A stretch of DNA of 63,856 bases, the filler included, from Limisphaerales bacterium (lineage in GTDB: Bacteria; Verrucomicrobiota; Verrucomicrobiia; Limisphaerales; SIBE01): the NCBI GenBank assembly GCA_044225505.1. It is 3 parts of 3 records of this genome, joined end to end, with 100 filler letters (N's around TTAATTAATTAA, not from the genome) between each part and the next. Parts side by side here need not be neighbours in the genome. Positions count along the whole stretch, not along the records: positions 22,983 to 45,812 come from JBGAIN010000140.1; positions 45,913 to 63,856 come from JBGAIN010000164.1; 1 more part is not named here. One strand, 5' to 3'. The notes beneath the pieces were generated by a model, which worked only from the letters and a program-made list of their open reading frames with translations, was not told the origin of the DNA and ran no database searches. A program made the translations under genes and the position numbers. Of the stretch, positions 38,780-48,944 are shown piece after piece (positions within the stretch are counted from its first letter, which is position 1; each line of letters opens with the position of its first letter).

Positions 38780-40888
38780 CTAGGCAAGCGTGCGGTTTGC
38801 GACAAACATTTCGATGAATAGCAATCCGAGCACCGCCAAAAGCAAGACGCGCCAAAATTCTCGTTGGTTACCACTTGTACCTAACAGCCCAGCGGCAAGG
38901 CTCGCCTGCCGCGTTTCTGGCTGACGCGCAATTAGTTGTTTCGCATCCGGTGACGAGAGGGCGCTTAAGTCGGATTCCGCTACCGGAACATTGACGGAAA
39001 TCCGGCGGATCTCTTTCCCCAATGCAGTTTGTAACCGATAGAACCCCGGTCGCGCAAAACGGACATCGCGTAACACGCCGTCGCTATCGGCGGTCAACGC
39101 GCTTTCCTTGCCGTCAGGATCGATCAACCGGACGGCGAGCTTTGCGGATTCCAGCCCGAGTTGAATATCTTCTGTACCGCCAGTAATCGCCGACAGTTGA
39201 GTTTCCTCGGCATTTCGGCGGGCAGGCGGTAACAAATATTGGCCGACTCCGTGCAACCAAGGCACGAAGCTCTTCCGTTTGGGCCAGTCGCTCCAGCTCG
39301 CATCCACGGAAGTGTTGACCCATACCGCGTGTCCGGTTCCCACTTGCTGAGCCGCGATGGCGGGAAGTCCATCGTCATACCGTGCCAAGATGCGTTGCGG
39401 CACCGACGTTTCCACGTGAAACCGTTGCGTGAACCGGGTCAGCGCTGGACTGCCGCTGTTTGGGAGTTGAAAGGCTGCGAACATCGCATGATTGGTCTCA
39501 TAAGTGCGCAGGCGCCAGTAAGATTCTCCATCGGGCCGTGTTTCCACGGTTCCCAACGTCACCGGAAGCAGGTCGCGGAATTCCGCGTTATATCGATTTG
39601 CGCTGACGCCTTCGCCAACGAAGAACAAAACTCCTCCACCACGGCGAACGAAGTTTCCAAGGAGATCGCCTAGACCATTCGGGACTTGTGCCAGGCCAGG
39701 GAGGACGATCCAATCGCAAGGCAACGTCGGCGAGGTCGACCGGAGCTTCCCGGGTAACTCACTAAGTAGAATCTTCTCGCATTCCCAACCGCTTTGAAGC
39801 CGGTTAGTCGCGTCGCGTGTCGGGTCTAAGGCAGTCGTTACAAAGAAACTCGACTCTTCAAAGGCGCGAGCGGACGGCCGCGTCTCGATCACCCAAACCC
39901 GGGCGGGTTCAGGTTGGTAGCACGTTTGGTAGCGCGTGTTGTCCGATGGCAGGGCGTCGGAATTCTGAAGCCGGACGACGACCTCGTGCCAGCCAGGTTT
40001 CAGATAGGGGAGCGCCAGGTCCAAATTCGTGGCTCCGCCTGCGGGTAGGCCGATCGTGGCGGAAGAGATTTCGTGACCATCGATTTGCAGGTCGAGCTTT
40101 GTCTGCGACATGTCCTCGTCAGAGTAACTCACGATGGCGGCGCGGGGTGTGGAGCGAGAATTGCCGTCGAGTTGGAGGTCTGCCAAGGCCATATTCGGAC
40201 TCATCAGATCGCTGACGGAGACGATTTTGACCTCTGTTTCTCCGGGAAGCGGAAACTCAGCCAATCCTTGGCAGGCGCTGCGCTGCAGGTCACTAATAAT
40301 GTATACCGTTTTTTTGGCGCCGCGGTCGACGTAGGTAAACAGTTGGGCGGCCTTTTGCAGGCCCGGCCCAATGTTTCCGGTCTCAAAGGTTGCGTGGAGT
40401 GGCTCGAGCCGGCGCTGAATCAGAGTTGGAGGAGCCCATTCCGCCAGGATTTCGGCTTGGGACGAACAAGTAATAAGGGCGGCGCGGTCGGCCGGTTTCA
40501 GCGCGGAGAGCGCCTCAGCGACGATTGCTTTCGCTCGATCCCACTTTGTGCCAGCCCGGTCGGTCGCCTGCATGCTGAGCGACTGATCCAACACAAACGC
40601 GACAAACTGCGCGTTGTCGCCAGGGAGCGCCGTGCCGCGATTAGGAAGATACGGACGAGCGAACGCAAGGACCAAGAGGGCGCAAATGGCCAGACGTAAA
40701 GCGAGGAGCAACCAATTTCGAAGCTTGCGGCGCTGAGAGGATTGCTCGTCATTGCGGACGAAGAACTGCAACGTGCTAAAACGAGCTCGCTTCTTTTTGC
40801 GCCGCAGGAGGAGATGAATCAGGACGGGGATGGATAATGCCGCAAGTCCCGCCAGCATCCACGCGTTCGTAAATAAGATCCCTGGCAT
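38780..40888 (-). CDS. BatA N-terminal + vWA domain membrane protein
   Basis: F....L.GL....P.LIHLL.R......FSTL.F...L.LRL...LAFARP; VLDQSLSM; IISDLQ; C-terminal TM. Confidence 0.9.
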   Translation of the reverse strand: MPGILFTNAWMLAGLAALSIPVLIHLLLRRKKKRARFSTLQFFVRNDEQSSQRRKLRNWLLLALRLAICALLVLAFARPYLPNRGTALPGDNAQFVAFVLDQSLSMQATDRAGTKWDRAKAIVAEALSALKPADRAALITCSSQAEILAEWAPPTLIQRRLEPLHATFETGNIGPGLQKAAQLFTYVDRGAKKTVYIISDLQRSACQGLAEFPLPGETEVKIVSVSDLMSPNMALADLQLDGNSRSTPRAAIVSYSDEDMSQTKLDLQIDGHEISSATIGLPAGGATNLDLALPYLKPGWHEVVVRLQNSDALPSDNTRYQTCYQPEPARVWVIETRPSARAFEESSFFVTTALDPTRDATNRLQSGWECEKILLSELPGKLRSTSPTLPCDWIVLPGLAQVPNGLGDLLGNFVRRGGGVLFFVGEGVSANRYNAEFRDLLPVTLGTVETRPDGESYWRLRTYETNHAMFAAFQLPNSGSPALTRFTQRFHVETSVPQRILARYDDGLPAIAAQQVGTGHAVWVNTSVDASWSDWPKRKSFVPWLHGVGQYLLPPARRNAEETQLSAITGGTEDIQLGLESAKLAVRLIDPDGKESALTADSDGVLRDVRFARPGFYRLQTALGKEIRRISVNVPVAESDLSALSSPDAKQLIARQPETRQASLAAGLLGTSGNQREFWRVLLLAVLGLLFIEMFVANRTLA

Positions 40889-40891
40889 AGG

Positions 40892-41779
40892 CTAAGCGGC
40901 GGCTCGGCGTTCGAGATAGGCGATCAGCGCCAAGTCCAGCGGAGCGTCCGTGCGGATCTGCCGATAATCTACTTCCAGCCCGGTGCATTCATCTTGGATT
41001 TTTCGGCAGAAAGCCGTGAATCGCCGCTGATACTCTTCACGAAAATCATCCGCATGAACTGGGATTTCTTCGGCCGTTTCGCAATCCTCAAAGATACACT
41101 CACCTTCGTAGGGCAAATCGATCTCTTCTGGCGCGAGTAGGTGGAACACGAGGGTTTCTTGGCCCTGGGCTTGCAATTGGCGAAGGAGACGGAAGACCGA
41201 CTCTGTGTCGGTGAAGAAGTCGGAGATCACGACGGCCATTCCGCGACGAGTGAACCCTTCGATCATTTGAAACAGAGTCTGATCCAGTTGCGTCCGACCT
41301 TGGGCCTGAGCCAGGCTCAGCAGCCTAAGAATCTCCTCGGCATGATGCCGATTTGCTTGGGAAGGAGCTGCCTGGCGCGCTTGTTCGCCGAACAGGATCA
41401 AGCCGGGCGCATCATGCTGGCGCGCCATCAGCTCTGCCAACACCGCTGCCAACACCCGACCATAATCGAACTTGTTGGTTCCAGCGTCTCCGAAATCCAT
41501 CGACCCGCTCGTATCAAGAAAGATCTGGGCACGCAGATTGGTGTCGTCTTCGAATTGCTTGACGTAGAACTCGTCGCTGCGGCCCCAGACTTTCCAATCG
41601 ATGTGGCGCAAGTTATCGCCTTGGGTATAGGCCCGGTAAGCTGAGAATTCGGTGCTATACCCCAAGAATGGGCTGCGGTGCAGCCCGTCAAGAAACCCTT
41701 CCACAACCGTCTTCGCTAGCAGCGATAGGTCATCAATCGTCGCGAGCGTCCGCGCATCGATTTGGAGAGTTGCAGGCAT
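40892..41779 (-). CDS. DUF58 domain protein
   Basis: G.HRS...G.S.EF..YR.Y..GD.LR.IDWK, LDTSGSM and VISDF motifs. Confidence 0.93.
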   Translation of the reverse strand: MPATLQIDARTLATIDDLSLLAKTVVEGFLDGLHRSPFLGYSTEFSAYRAYTQGDNLRHIDWKVWGRSDEFYVKQFEDDTNLRAQIFLDTSGSMDFGDAGTNKFDYGRVLAAVLAELMARQHDAPGLILFGEQARQAAPSQANRHHAEEILRLLSLAQAQGRTQLDQTLFQMIEGFTRRGMAVVISDFFTDTESVFRLLRQLQAQGQETLVFHLLAPEEIDLPYEGECIFEDCETAEEIPVHADDFREEYQRRFTAFCRKIQDECTGLEVDYRQIRTDAPLDLALIAYLERRAAA

Positions 41780-41835
41780 CTCAAGGGGTGGGGGCGTTGG
41801 TCAAGCGATGTAACATCCGTTGCATCCGTTGCGGA

Positions 41836-42861
41836 CTACGGCTTCACCTCGCCCAGCAATTTCTCGATAATGTCGGAGACCGTGATCTTTTGAGCGCGAG
41901 CGTTAAAGTTGGTAATCAACCGATGCCGGAGGACCTGACGCGCGACCGATCGAACGCCGTCGTAATCCGCGCACAGTTTTCCAGTGACCGCAGCCCGTGC
42001 TTTGGCTCCGAGCACAAGATATTGCGATGCTCTCGGGCTGGCGCCCCAGCGGACATAATCTTTTACATACGCGGGCGCGGACGACTCCTCCGGGCGAGTT
42101 CGGGAACTCAGGCGGATCGCATAGCGGATGACCTCATCCGAGACGGGCATGGCGCGGACGAGTTTCTGAATTTCGATGATCTCAGCGGCATCCAAAACTG
42201 GCGATGGCTGCGGCGTGCCGGTCCCCGTGGTGTTGCGTACGACCAACTCTTCTTCGGCATTGGTCGGATAGCCGCAATGAATGCTGAACATGAATCGGTC
42301 CGCTTGGGCTTCGGGCAGGACGTAAGTGCCTTCCATTTCAATTGGGTTTTGCGTGGCGAAGACATGAAATGGAGCGGGCAAGGGGTATGTTTTCGAACCG
42401 ATGCTGACTTCGTGCTCCTGCATGGTCTGAAGCATGGCGGCTTGCGTTTTTGGTGGGGTTCTATTGATTTCGTCCGCTAAGACCAGATTGGCGAAGATGG
42501 GACCGGGCAAGAACTCTAGCCGCCGCTGACCGGTCGCAGGATCTTCTTGGATGATATCCGTGCCGGTGATGTCCGACGGCATAAGATCGGGCGTGAACTG
42601 AATGCGGCTGAAGCTCAAATTGAGCGCGCGGCCGAGCGTGCGGACCAACAGAGTCTTGGCTAATCCTGGGACGCCGACGATCAACGCGTGGCCGCCGCAA
42701 AAGATGGTCAACAAGACGTTGTCGATGACGTCGCTTTGCCCCACGATCGTCGTGGCGAGCTGCTGCGCCAACTGCGCGCGCTTCTCAGCGAGGCGCGCAA
42801 TCGCCTTGACGTCGATCCGATCGTTAATTCCGGCGGCGCCGGGTTCACCTGCATGAGCCAT
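41836..42861 (-). CDS. moxR: MoxR family AAA+ ATPase
   Basis: GVPGLAKT, RIQFTPDLMPSD, LADEINR, ATQNPIE.EGTY.LPEAQ.DRF and WGASPRA; SD GGAGG upstream of ATG 42861. Confidence 0.95.
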   Translation of the reverse strand: MAHAGEPGAAGINDRIDVKAIARLAEKRAQLAQQLATTIVGQSDVIDNVLLTIFCGGHALIVGVPGLAKTLLVRTLGRALNLSFSRIQFTPDLMPSDITGTDIIQEDPATGQRRLEFLPGPIFANLVLADEINRTPPKTQAAMLQTMQEHEVSIGSKTYPLPAPFHVFATQNPIEMEGTYVLPEAQADRFMFSIHCGYPTNAEEELVVRNTTGTGTPQPSPVLDAAEIIEIQKLVRAMPVSDEVIRYAIRLSSRTRPEESSAPAYVKDYVRWGASPRASQYLVLGAKARAAVTGKLCADYDGVRSVARQVLRHRLITNFNARAQKITVSDIIEKLLGEVKP

Positions 42862-43276
42862 ATCTTTCCTCCGTATCACTCTGACGTTGCTTTGAGAACC
42901 CGCTTTGAGTCCAAATGTTGCAGTATTTCACTGATTCGACAGTCGTATCCGCATCCTGTTCCAAGGAATCGTTGGAGTCCCGGGATTTGCGAGCGGCTGG
43001 CCACGCCGTGGTTGGCGTTCTGTCCTGAGGCTGCTGGTGCGGCGGCTTCGAAAGCTCGCTTCGCTCGTTGGAACTCTTTGGGCCCAAGTGCATTGGCGCT
43101 GCGGCGGACACGTGTAAGCAGTCGCTGCTTTTCATGAATTGGGCTGGCACGCCCTCACTCTGTCGCCTGCAGTTCCATCGAATCGCCACATCCCTATTAA
43201 CGATCCCACAGGCGCGATCGGTCGCGTGAACTTTGGGGCGTTGAGCCCAGCGAGTTTTCGGCGCGAACAGAGGCGG

Positions 43277-43504
43277 CTAGTATGCTGTCCCCTAATTCCG
43301 TAGGCTTTCGCGGCCAGGAGTTTTGCCTCGTCCGCAAGGCGCGAGCGAGGCGCATCCCCGATCGGACAGGTCGGGAGAACGAGCGAGCCACACCGCGGGC
43401 GGGCACAAAAACTGCCGCCCAAAGGGTTGCGCTGAGAATGGTCCTGGCCAACGAAGACCGAGCAGAGGAAAAACACCGAGGCGGGGTGGGGCCAGAACTT
43501 CTAG
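43277..43504. mobile_element. Putative MITE (non-autonomous IS derivative)
   Basis: CTAG at both ends with imperfect terminal inverted repeats (CTAGTATGCTGTCCCC vs CTAGAAGTTCTGGCCCC on the minus strand); structured non-coding interior. Confidence 0.5.
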
Positions 43505-43559
43505 CGGCATCGAACTGGGGACTGGAATCTGACCAGCCCCCAGCGATGTAAGACGGGAT

Positions 43560-44555
43560 TTACCTCGGAACCGGGCTGGTCGTTGGGACACTTCCGGCAC
43601 CTGTGGAAGTTCCAGTGTCCGTTCCGATAGCCCCAGGGGTTCCCTGGCCGACGCGCGCGCCTGCCGCGTTAACGGTGAGGTTATTAACCACACCCTGAAC
43701 GCCGGTCATCTGACGGATACGAGTCTCGATCAGTCGTCGCTCGGCCTCACTACCGACCGAACCCTGCAATGTTACTCGATTTCCGTTGGCATTAATCTGC
43801 ACGTTAGACAAACTCTGCGGCGTAATCCCGGTTCCTGTCCGCACTTGCTGTCCATTCGGCGGAGCGATCAATCCGCTGTTCAGCAACTGACCTCGAACAC
43901 GCTGGGCCATATTCATGTCCGCCACAGTGCCCGTGCCGGTCTCACCGATCCCAACTCCAGGCTGTGTCGTCACGCCTCGCTGCAGATCGGCACTCGGCGC
44001 AATGACTGGCCGCGAGCCAACTCCGTTGACTCCAGGCGTCGTTGCGACGCCGGGAAGGCCAGTTTGAGGATTGATGATCGAGCCCGCTCCGGGTTGAACG
44101 CCGGTCGTCGCACTCGCCCCCGCATCGAGCGGGCTCGTTGCGGCCCCTGGCACCGTTCCTCCGATACCGCCAGTTCCAGGGCCCGTCCCTCCAATCGCCC
44201 CGGAATTGGACCCTCGCCCGGTCCCAACTCCCGTGGCTGGCTGGCCTTGGAGCGCTGGCGTTCCTTGGTTTGGCGCTCCAATACCCCCGATCGCGTTCCC
44301 CGGCGCGACCGGTTGAGCAGGCGCGGGCAGAGCGCCTGATCCAGCATTGGGTGATACGGCCACGCCAGAGCGCGTTGTTCCAGCGCTTCCGACCGTCGAT
44401 CCCGTTCGTCCGCTGGACGCCGCTCCGGCGCCTCCCGTCGCCCCAGACGCACCAGCTCCAGCACCGCCCCCGGCCGCGCCGCCAGTGGCTTGTCCATAAA
44501 GAGTCGATCCAGTCATGAATGTGAGGGCGGCTAGAATTAAAGCGTATTTTTTCAT
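43560..44555 (-). CDS. Secreted Gly/Thr/Ala-rich protein with a C-terminal BON domain
   Basis: Signal peptide; V.I.A.G..VTLQGSV.SEAE......I....GV.GVVNNL.V; SD GAAAGGA. Confidence 0.88.
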   Translation of the reverse strand: MKKYALILAALTFMTGSTLYGQATGGAAGGGAGAGASGATGGAGAASSGRTGSTVGSAGTTRSGVAVSPNAGSGALPAPAQPVAPGNAIGGIGAPNQGTPALQGQPATGVGTGRGSNSGAIGGTGPGTGGIGGTVPGAATSPLDAGASATTGVQPGAGSIINPQTGLPGVATTPGVNGVGSRPVIAPSADLQRGVTTQPGVGIGETGTGTVADMNMAQRVRGQLLNSGLIAPPNGQQVRTGTGITPQSLSNVQINANGNRVTLQGSVGSEAERRLIETRIRQMTGVQGVVNNLTVNAAGARVGQGTPGAIGTDTGTSTGAGSVPTTSPVPR

Positions 44556-44747
44556 TTTATGATCCTTTCTCGATGTTCTGTCGGCGCGAAGCGTGGAAAC
44601 TGTGGGTGCCTTACGCCGACCGGTTTGATTAGTTCAATGTCCGATGAGACGTCACCGCGTGCCACTCTGTAAACCAGGTCAGGGAAACGCCCCCGAGAAG
44701 CGTGGGGGACCGGTGGCCTGAAACTTGACTTGGCAGAACGCGGAAGC

Positions 44748-44780
44748 AAAAAGCCCCTCGGCGCATGGCGACCGAGGGGC
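44748..44780 (-). terminator. Rho-independent terminator after the PRC-barrel gene
   Basis: 9-bp stem GCCCCTCGG/CCGAGGGGC with a 10-nt loop, followed by T5 on the minus strand. Confidence 0.7.
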
Positions 44781-44850
44781 GAGCAACGTTGACGCAGCTA
44801 TCCTTCGACAGCGACGCTCTGCACTTCGAAGTCAGAATGCATCGCGAAGC

Positions 44851-45744
44851 TTATCGATTGGGAGTGGTGCTGCTAGAACTGCCTTGGGGCGCCGTGGAAC
44901 CTTGGGACCGGGAAGTTCCCTGCGATCCACTTGTGCCTTGGGAGCCACTTGTCCCGTGAGGAACAGTGCTCGTCCCTGGCGAGCCAGGGGACGTATGGTG
45001 CGAGCTGCCTTGTCCACGGATACTGGAGCCGGAGGTTCCCACGGCCGACGATCGATCGACTCCGTAATACGAATAGACTCGTTGGTCTAGCGTGCCGCCT
45101 TCCAGTTCACTCCAATTCGAACCTTCGAAAGAAGGAGCGCTGCGCAGCTTGGATTCGTCCACATTCAATGTAAGGTTGTGCGATCCCAGCGCGCTGCTCG
45201 AACCAACCGTCCCTCCCTGGCTACCGCTCCAGCTTTGGCTGAACAGCTGCCACGGAACAGGAATCATTTTCCCCGACATTCCAGCGGTGGGACTCGGCGT
45301 GTTTAGCACGCTCGATCGGCTGGACGGGACCGTTTCGCCGCTGGAGGCCGAGGTGTCCGGCGCTCCGGTTCCTGAGGCGAGGGAAAGGATGGCGTATTCG
45401 ATCTGCCCAGACTGCGGATCGACCGTGAAGTCGCGGATATTTCCGAGTGTTTTTCCGTCCTGGGATCGAACGGAGCTGTTGAGTAATTGGCTCAGGCGCA
45501 CGTCGGTTCCAGACTGCATGGAGCTTGTGCTCGAGCTAGCTCCGGCGTGGATGGACCCGGCCTGGTTCAGGCTGCCACCTGTGGATCCGGATTTTTCGAC
45601 ACCGCTGGAGCCTGGTCGCGAGATCCCTGATTGGGACGAGGATGGATTCGGTAATGTTTGCGAAGATTGTTGTCCCAGAGAGCTACCGGCTCCAAGTGAG
45701 AGAATCCCGCCGCAAATGAGACCCGTCAGTTTTGAATGATTCAT
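44851..45744 (-). CDS. Secreted Ser/Gly-rich PRC-barrel domain protein
   Basis: Signal peptide; RLSQL....V.S.DG..LG.I.DF.VD..SGQI.YA.L, IPVPW, L.SAP.F and VY.YYG; SD AAAGGAG. Confidence 0.88.
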   Translation of the reverse strand: MNHSKLTGLICGGILSLGAGSSLGQQSSQTLPNPSSSQSGISRPGSSGVEKSGSTGGSLNQAGSIHAGASSSTSSMQSGTDVRLSQLLNSSVRSQDGKTLGNIRDFTVDPQSGQIEYAILSLASGTGAPDTSASSGETVPSSRSSVLNTPSPTAGMSGKMIPVPWQLFSQSWSGSQGGTVGSSSALGSHNLTLNVDESKLRSAPSFEGSNWSELEGGTLDQRVYSYYGVDRSSAVGTSGSSIRGQGSSHHTSPGSPGTSTVPHGTSGSQGTSGSQGTSRSQGSTAPQGSSSSTTPNR

Positions 45745-45812
45745 AATGCACTCCTTTGATTTAGGTTTGTCTGGCAGTTCGGGACAAGGGATGCCTGCCC
45801 GATCTGAGGTCA

Positions 45813-45912
45813 NNNNNNNNNNNNNNNNNNNNNNNNNNNNNNNNNNNNNNNNNNNNTTAATTAATTAANNNNNNNNNNNNNNNNNNNNNNNNNNNNNNNN
45901 NNNNNNNNNNNN
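45813..45912. other. Artificial contig linker
   Basis: N44-TTAATTAATTAA-N44. Confidence 0.98.
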
Positions 45913-47467
45913 AACCAATGCGCTCCGCGATATCCACCGCGTCATCCGACGTGCGGGCCAGGTGTCCATCCAGAACATTAAAGCCGTAGGCGCGCAAGAT
46001 CTCTTTCGCTTCGATCTCCGCGATTTGGGTCGCGCCGCTCCGAGTTTGCATTTGGATGACACGGGCCACGCGGCGGTGATTGACCGGGAACCGTGTCACA
46101 ATGCGCGCAGAACGACGGCGCCACGCGGCGTAATGACACATCGCCCTTAACGCTGCCACAGCGCGATCGGGAGCGGGATAGTTCGGGATGCCCAGAGACA
46201 TGAGCTTATCTTTGGCAGCCGCGACTTCCTTCCCGCCCATGAAAGCGGTCAGCAACGGTTTTTGCCCTTTGTGCGCCGCGGCGAGTTTCTCAGCCAGCTC
46301 CAGTGGCCGGGTCATATTCTGGGGTGTGGACACCACAATGATGCTGTCGATCTTTTCGTCTTGTTGGAGAATCTCGAAGGCTTTGACGTATCGGTCAGGG
46401 TCGGCATCGCCAATGACATCGACGGGATTCCCGACCGCGGCCGCAGCGGGCAGGACGGCACGGAGCTTGGCCGAGCTGGCGGGGGTGGGAGAGACCATCT
46501 TCAATCCGAGAGTCTCAGCAGCATCGGCCGCCATGATGCCAGGGCCACCTGCGTTGGTGATGATGCCGACGCGATCGCCTTGCGGGAGGGGCTGCATACT
46601 AAACGCCATGGCATAGTCGAAGAGCGCTTCGAAATTCTCGGCGCGGACCACGCCTGCGCGTCGAAAAGCCGCGCCGTAAGCGATGTCTGCCCCTGCCAAG
46701 CTGCCCGTATGCGACGAAGCCGCCTTGGCCCCCGCTTGGGTGATGCCCACTTTCAAAATGACCACGGGCTTGACCCCCGCGGCCTCTTCCGCAACCCGGA
46801 GAAACTTGTTACCTTCCTTGATGCTTTCGAGGTAACCGGCGATCACGTTGGTTTGCTTGTCCGCTGCGAGCGCTTGGATGAAATCGACTTCATTGAGATC
46901 GGCCTTGTTTCCAAAGCTGATGACCTTGCCCAGACCAAGTTTTTGATGGGCGGCCCAATCGAGGATAGCCACACAGAGAGCCCCTGACTGCGAGATCACC
47001 GAGATTCGTCCTGGTCCCGGCAACGAAGGGGCAAACGTGGCGTTCATCCGATGGTCCGTGTTCAAAACCCCGAGGCAGTTCGGACCCACCATGCGAACAC
47101 CGTGACTATGGCACAAATCGACCAACTCCTGTTCCGCTTCGGCGCCCTTGGCACTGACTTCCTTAAAGCCCGCCGTGATCACAATGATCGATTTGGCTCC
47201 AGCTGCGATCGAATGTTGGATCGCTTCTTTGACCGCCTTCCCAGGAACAACGATGACGCTCAAATCGATCGGCCCGCCTTTGTAATCGGAGAGCACCCGA
47301 TAGCAGGGAACACCGAGGATATCGCTCGCATCCGGGTTGACGGGGATGAGATCGCCCTTGAAGCCGCTATTGACGAGATTGGCGAGCAGCGCGTATCCAA
47401 CCTTCTCCGGGTTGCGCGATGCTCCGATGACCGCAATCGCGTTGGGATATAAAAGCGTCTCAAGCAT
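45913..47467 (-). CDS. Acyl-CoA synthetase (NDP-forming, acetate-CoA ligase family), 3' truncated
   Basis: IAVIGAS, GPNCLG, SQSGA, ASSHTGSLAG (phospho-His retained), TNAGGPG and NPVD; ATP-grasp domain begins at EAKEIL.AYG. Confidence 0.92.
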
Positions 47468-47648
47468 AAATCTTCCGTTCAAATTCAGGCTGGACGAGAG
47501 CCTCTCGGGACACTCACCAAACCTTGTTAAACTTTCTTCTTATTTTGATTCCAGACGAGGCGCACAGAGACTTTGTCATGGTGCACTTCGCCCTGGGCGC
47601 CAATGGAATTCGAACCTCGTCCTCGCGCCTTCGCTCATTGATACAAGG

Positions 47649-48116
47649 TTACTTTCCCCCTCCCGCCAAACGCAGCGATTCCTTAACCGTGGACTGCAAC
47701 CGTTGCATCAAGATCGCCACGACGCGCCGCATCAATTCGTAGCCGAAATCCGTGTCCTGTTCGCACTTTTCACGCAAACGAGTGCCATAAAAGAAGATGG
47801 CTTCGGTCGGTTCAAGAGCACAGCCGTTGAAGTGCCAATAGTACGGAGCAAACAGCCAGGACCAGCCTAGCACTTCTCCAGGACCGACCGTTTGCACTGG
47901 GATCACTTCACCCGAACCCGTCTGCGACTCCACACTAATCTTGCCTCGGCGAACCAGATAGAAGCGATTGGCTATTTCGCCTTCTCGAAACACAATCTGC
48001 CCGGTCTCAAACTCTGTGAACATGGCGCATTGGTTCAGAATGCCCAGGTGGCTTGCGCTCATACCCCGCACAAAGGGGTGCTCTGCCACGGCTTTTTCCA
48101 ATTCAGAGGGAATCAT
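47649..48116 (-). CDS. Stand-alone cyclic nucleotide-binding fold protein
   Basis: HPF, F..G..VF.EG..A..FYL...G and GEVLGWSWLF.PY.WHF; no HTH. Confidence 0.88.
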   Translation of the reverse strand: MIPSELEKAVAEHPFVRGMSASHLGILNQCAMFTEFETGQIVFREGEIANRFYLVRRGKISVESQTGSGEVIPVQTVGPGEVLGWSWLFAPYYWHFNGCALEPTEAIFFYGTRLREKCEQDTDFGYELMRRVVAILMQRLQSTVKESLRLAGGGK

Positions 48117-48155
48117 CGTACGACTCGAAAACCTTGGCTGTTTTACAGAGATGGA

Positions 48156-48623
48156 TTAAACGTCCGATTTAAAAGCGCTCAATTTTACGAACTGTTTTTG
48201 GGCCGCTTGCAACCGGCGGATCAGCACCTGGGACAAACGCTTCATAAGCTCAAACCCAAACTCACGATTCCGTTCGCACGCGACCAGCAAGTGAGCCCCA
48301 TTGAAGGCAATCGTCGAAGTCTTTTCCAGTGCCCGAGCCTGGAAATGCCAAACATACGGCGGAAACAGCCAGGACCATCCCAAAACATCTTCGCCACTCA
48401 ACTCTTGCACCATCAAGGTGCCGGACGGCGACAGGCGGGTCTCCAATCCAACTCGGCCACCGAGTATCAAATAGAACCGATCGGCCACATCTCCCTCCTT
48501 AAAAATCACTTCCCCAGGGGGGAACTCCTTCGCTTCCGCACATTCCGAAAGAATTTCCAGATAGGGCGGAGCCAAGCTCCTCAGGAACGGATGCGCTGCA
48601 ATCGTTGTCTTGAAGCTCTCCAT
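48156..48623 (-). CDS. Stand-alone cyclic nucleotide-binding fold protein, paralogue
   Basis: HPFL, F.PGE.IF.EG..ADRFYL and DVLGWSWLFPPY.WHF.ARA; no HTH. Confidence 0.88.
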   Translation of the reverse strand: MESFKTTIAAHPFLRSLAPPYLEILSECAEAKEFPPGEVIFKEGDVADRFYLILGGRVGLETRLSPSGTLMVQELSGEDVLGWSWLFPPYVWHFQARALEKTSTIAFNGAHLLVACERNREFGFELMKRLSQVLIRRLQAAQKQFVKLSAFKSDV

Positions 48624-48944
48624 TAGGGATTGGCATTTATTCGACTGTCTCGCCGCTAACGTCGCCCAGATCCTGACTCTTGTGCTCCACGTTCCTTGGC
48701 GACTGTTTTGCTTTTTTTGCAGGACATGCGCGGCGAGTGCGGCGGCTCATCCTGCCGCTCGTCTTCAAACCTTCTCCTGCCGGTTCCTTACTTCCTGAGG
48801 CGCACCCCTATCCGAAGGGCCAGTAGCAGGATTTGCGATCGGTCTATCGGTGCCAATCGGAAAGCAGACATTGCTGCCCTGAAACCGAATCGTCCGAATC
48901 TGCCTTCGTGGGTTTGAGTCGGTGACCGGTCCCTGACTTGGCGA

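Noticed and set aside
47600..47625. tRNA/tmRNA T-loop-like GGTTCGAAT on the minus strand
   Set aside because: The T-stem does not pair and there is no acceptor stem.
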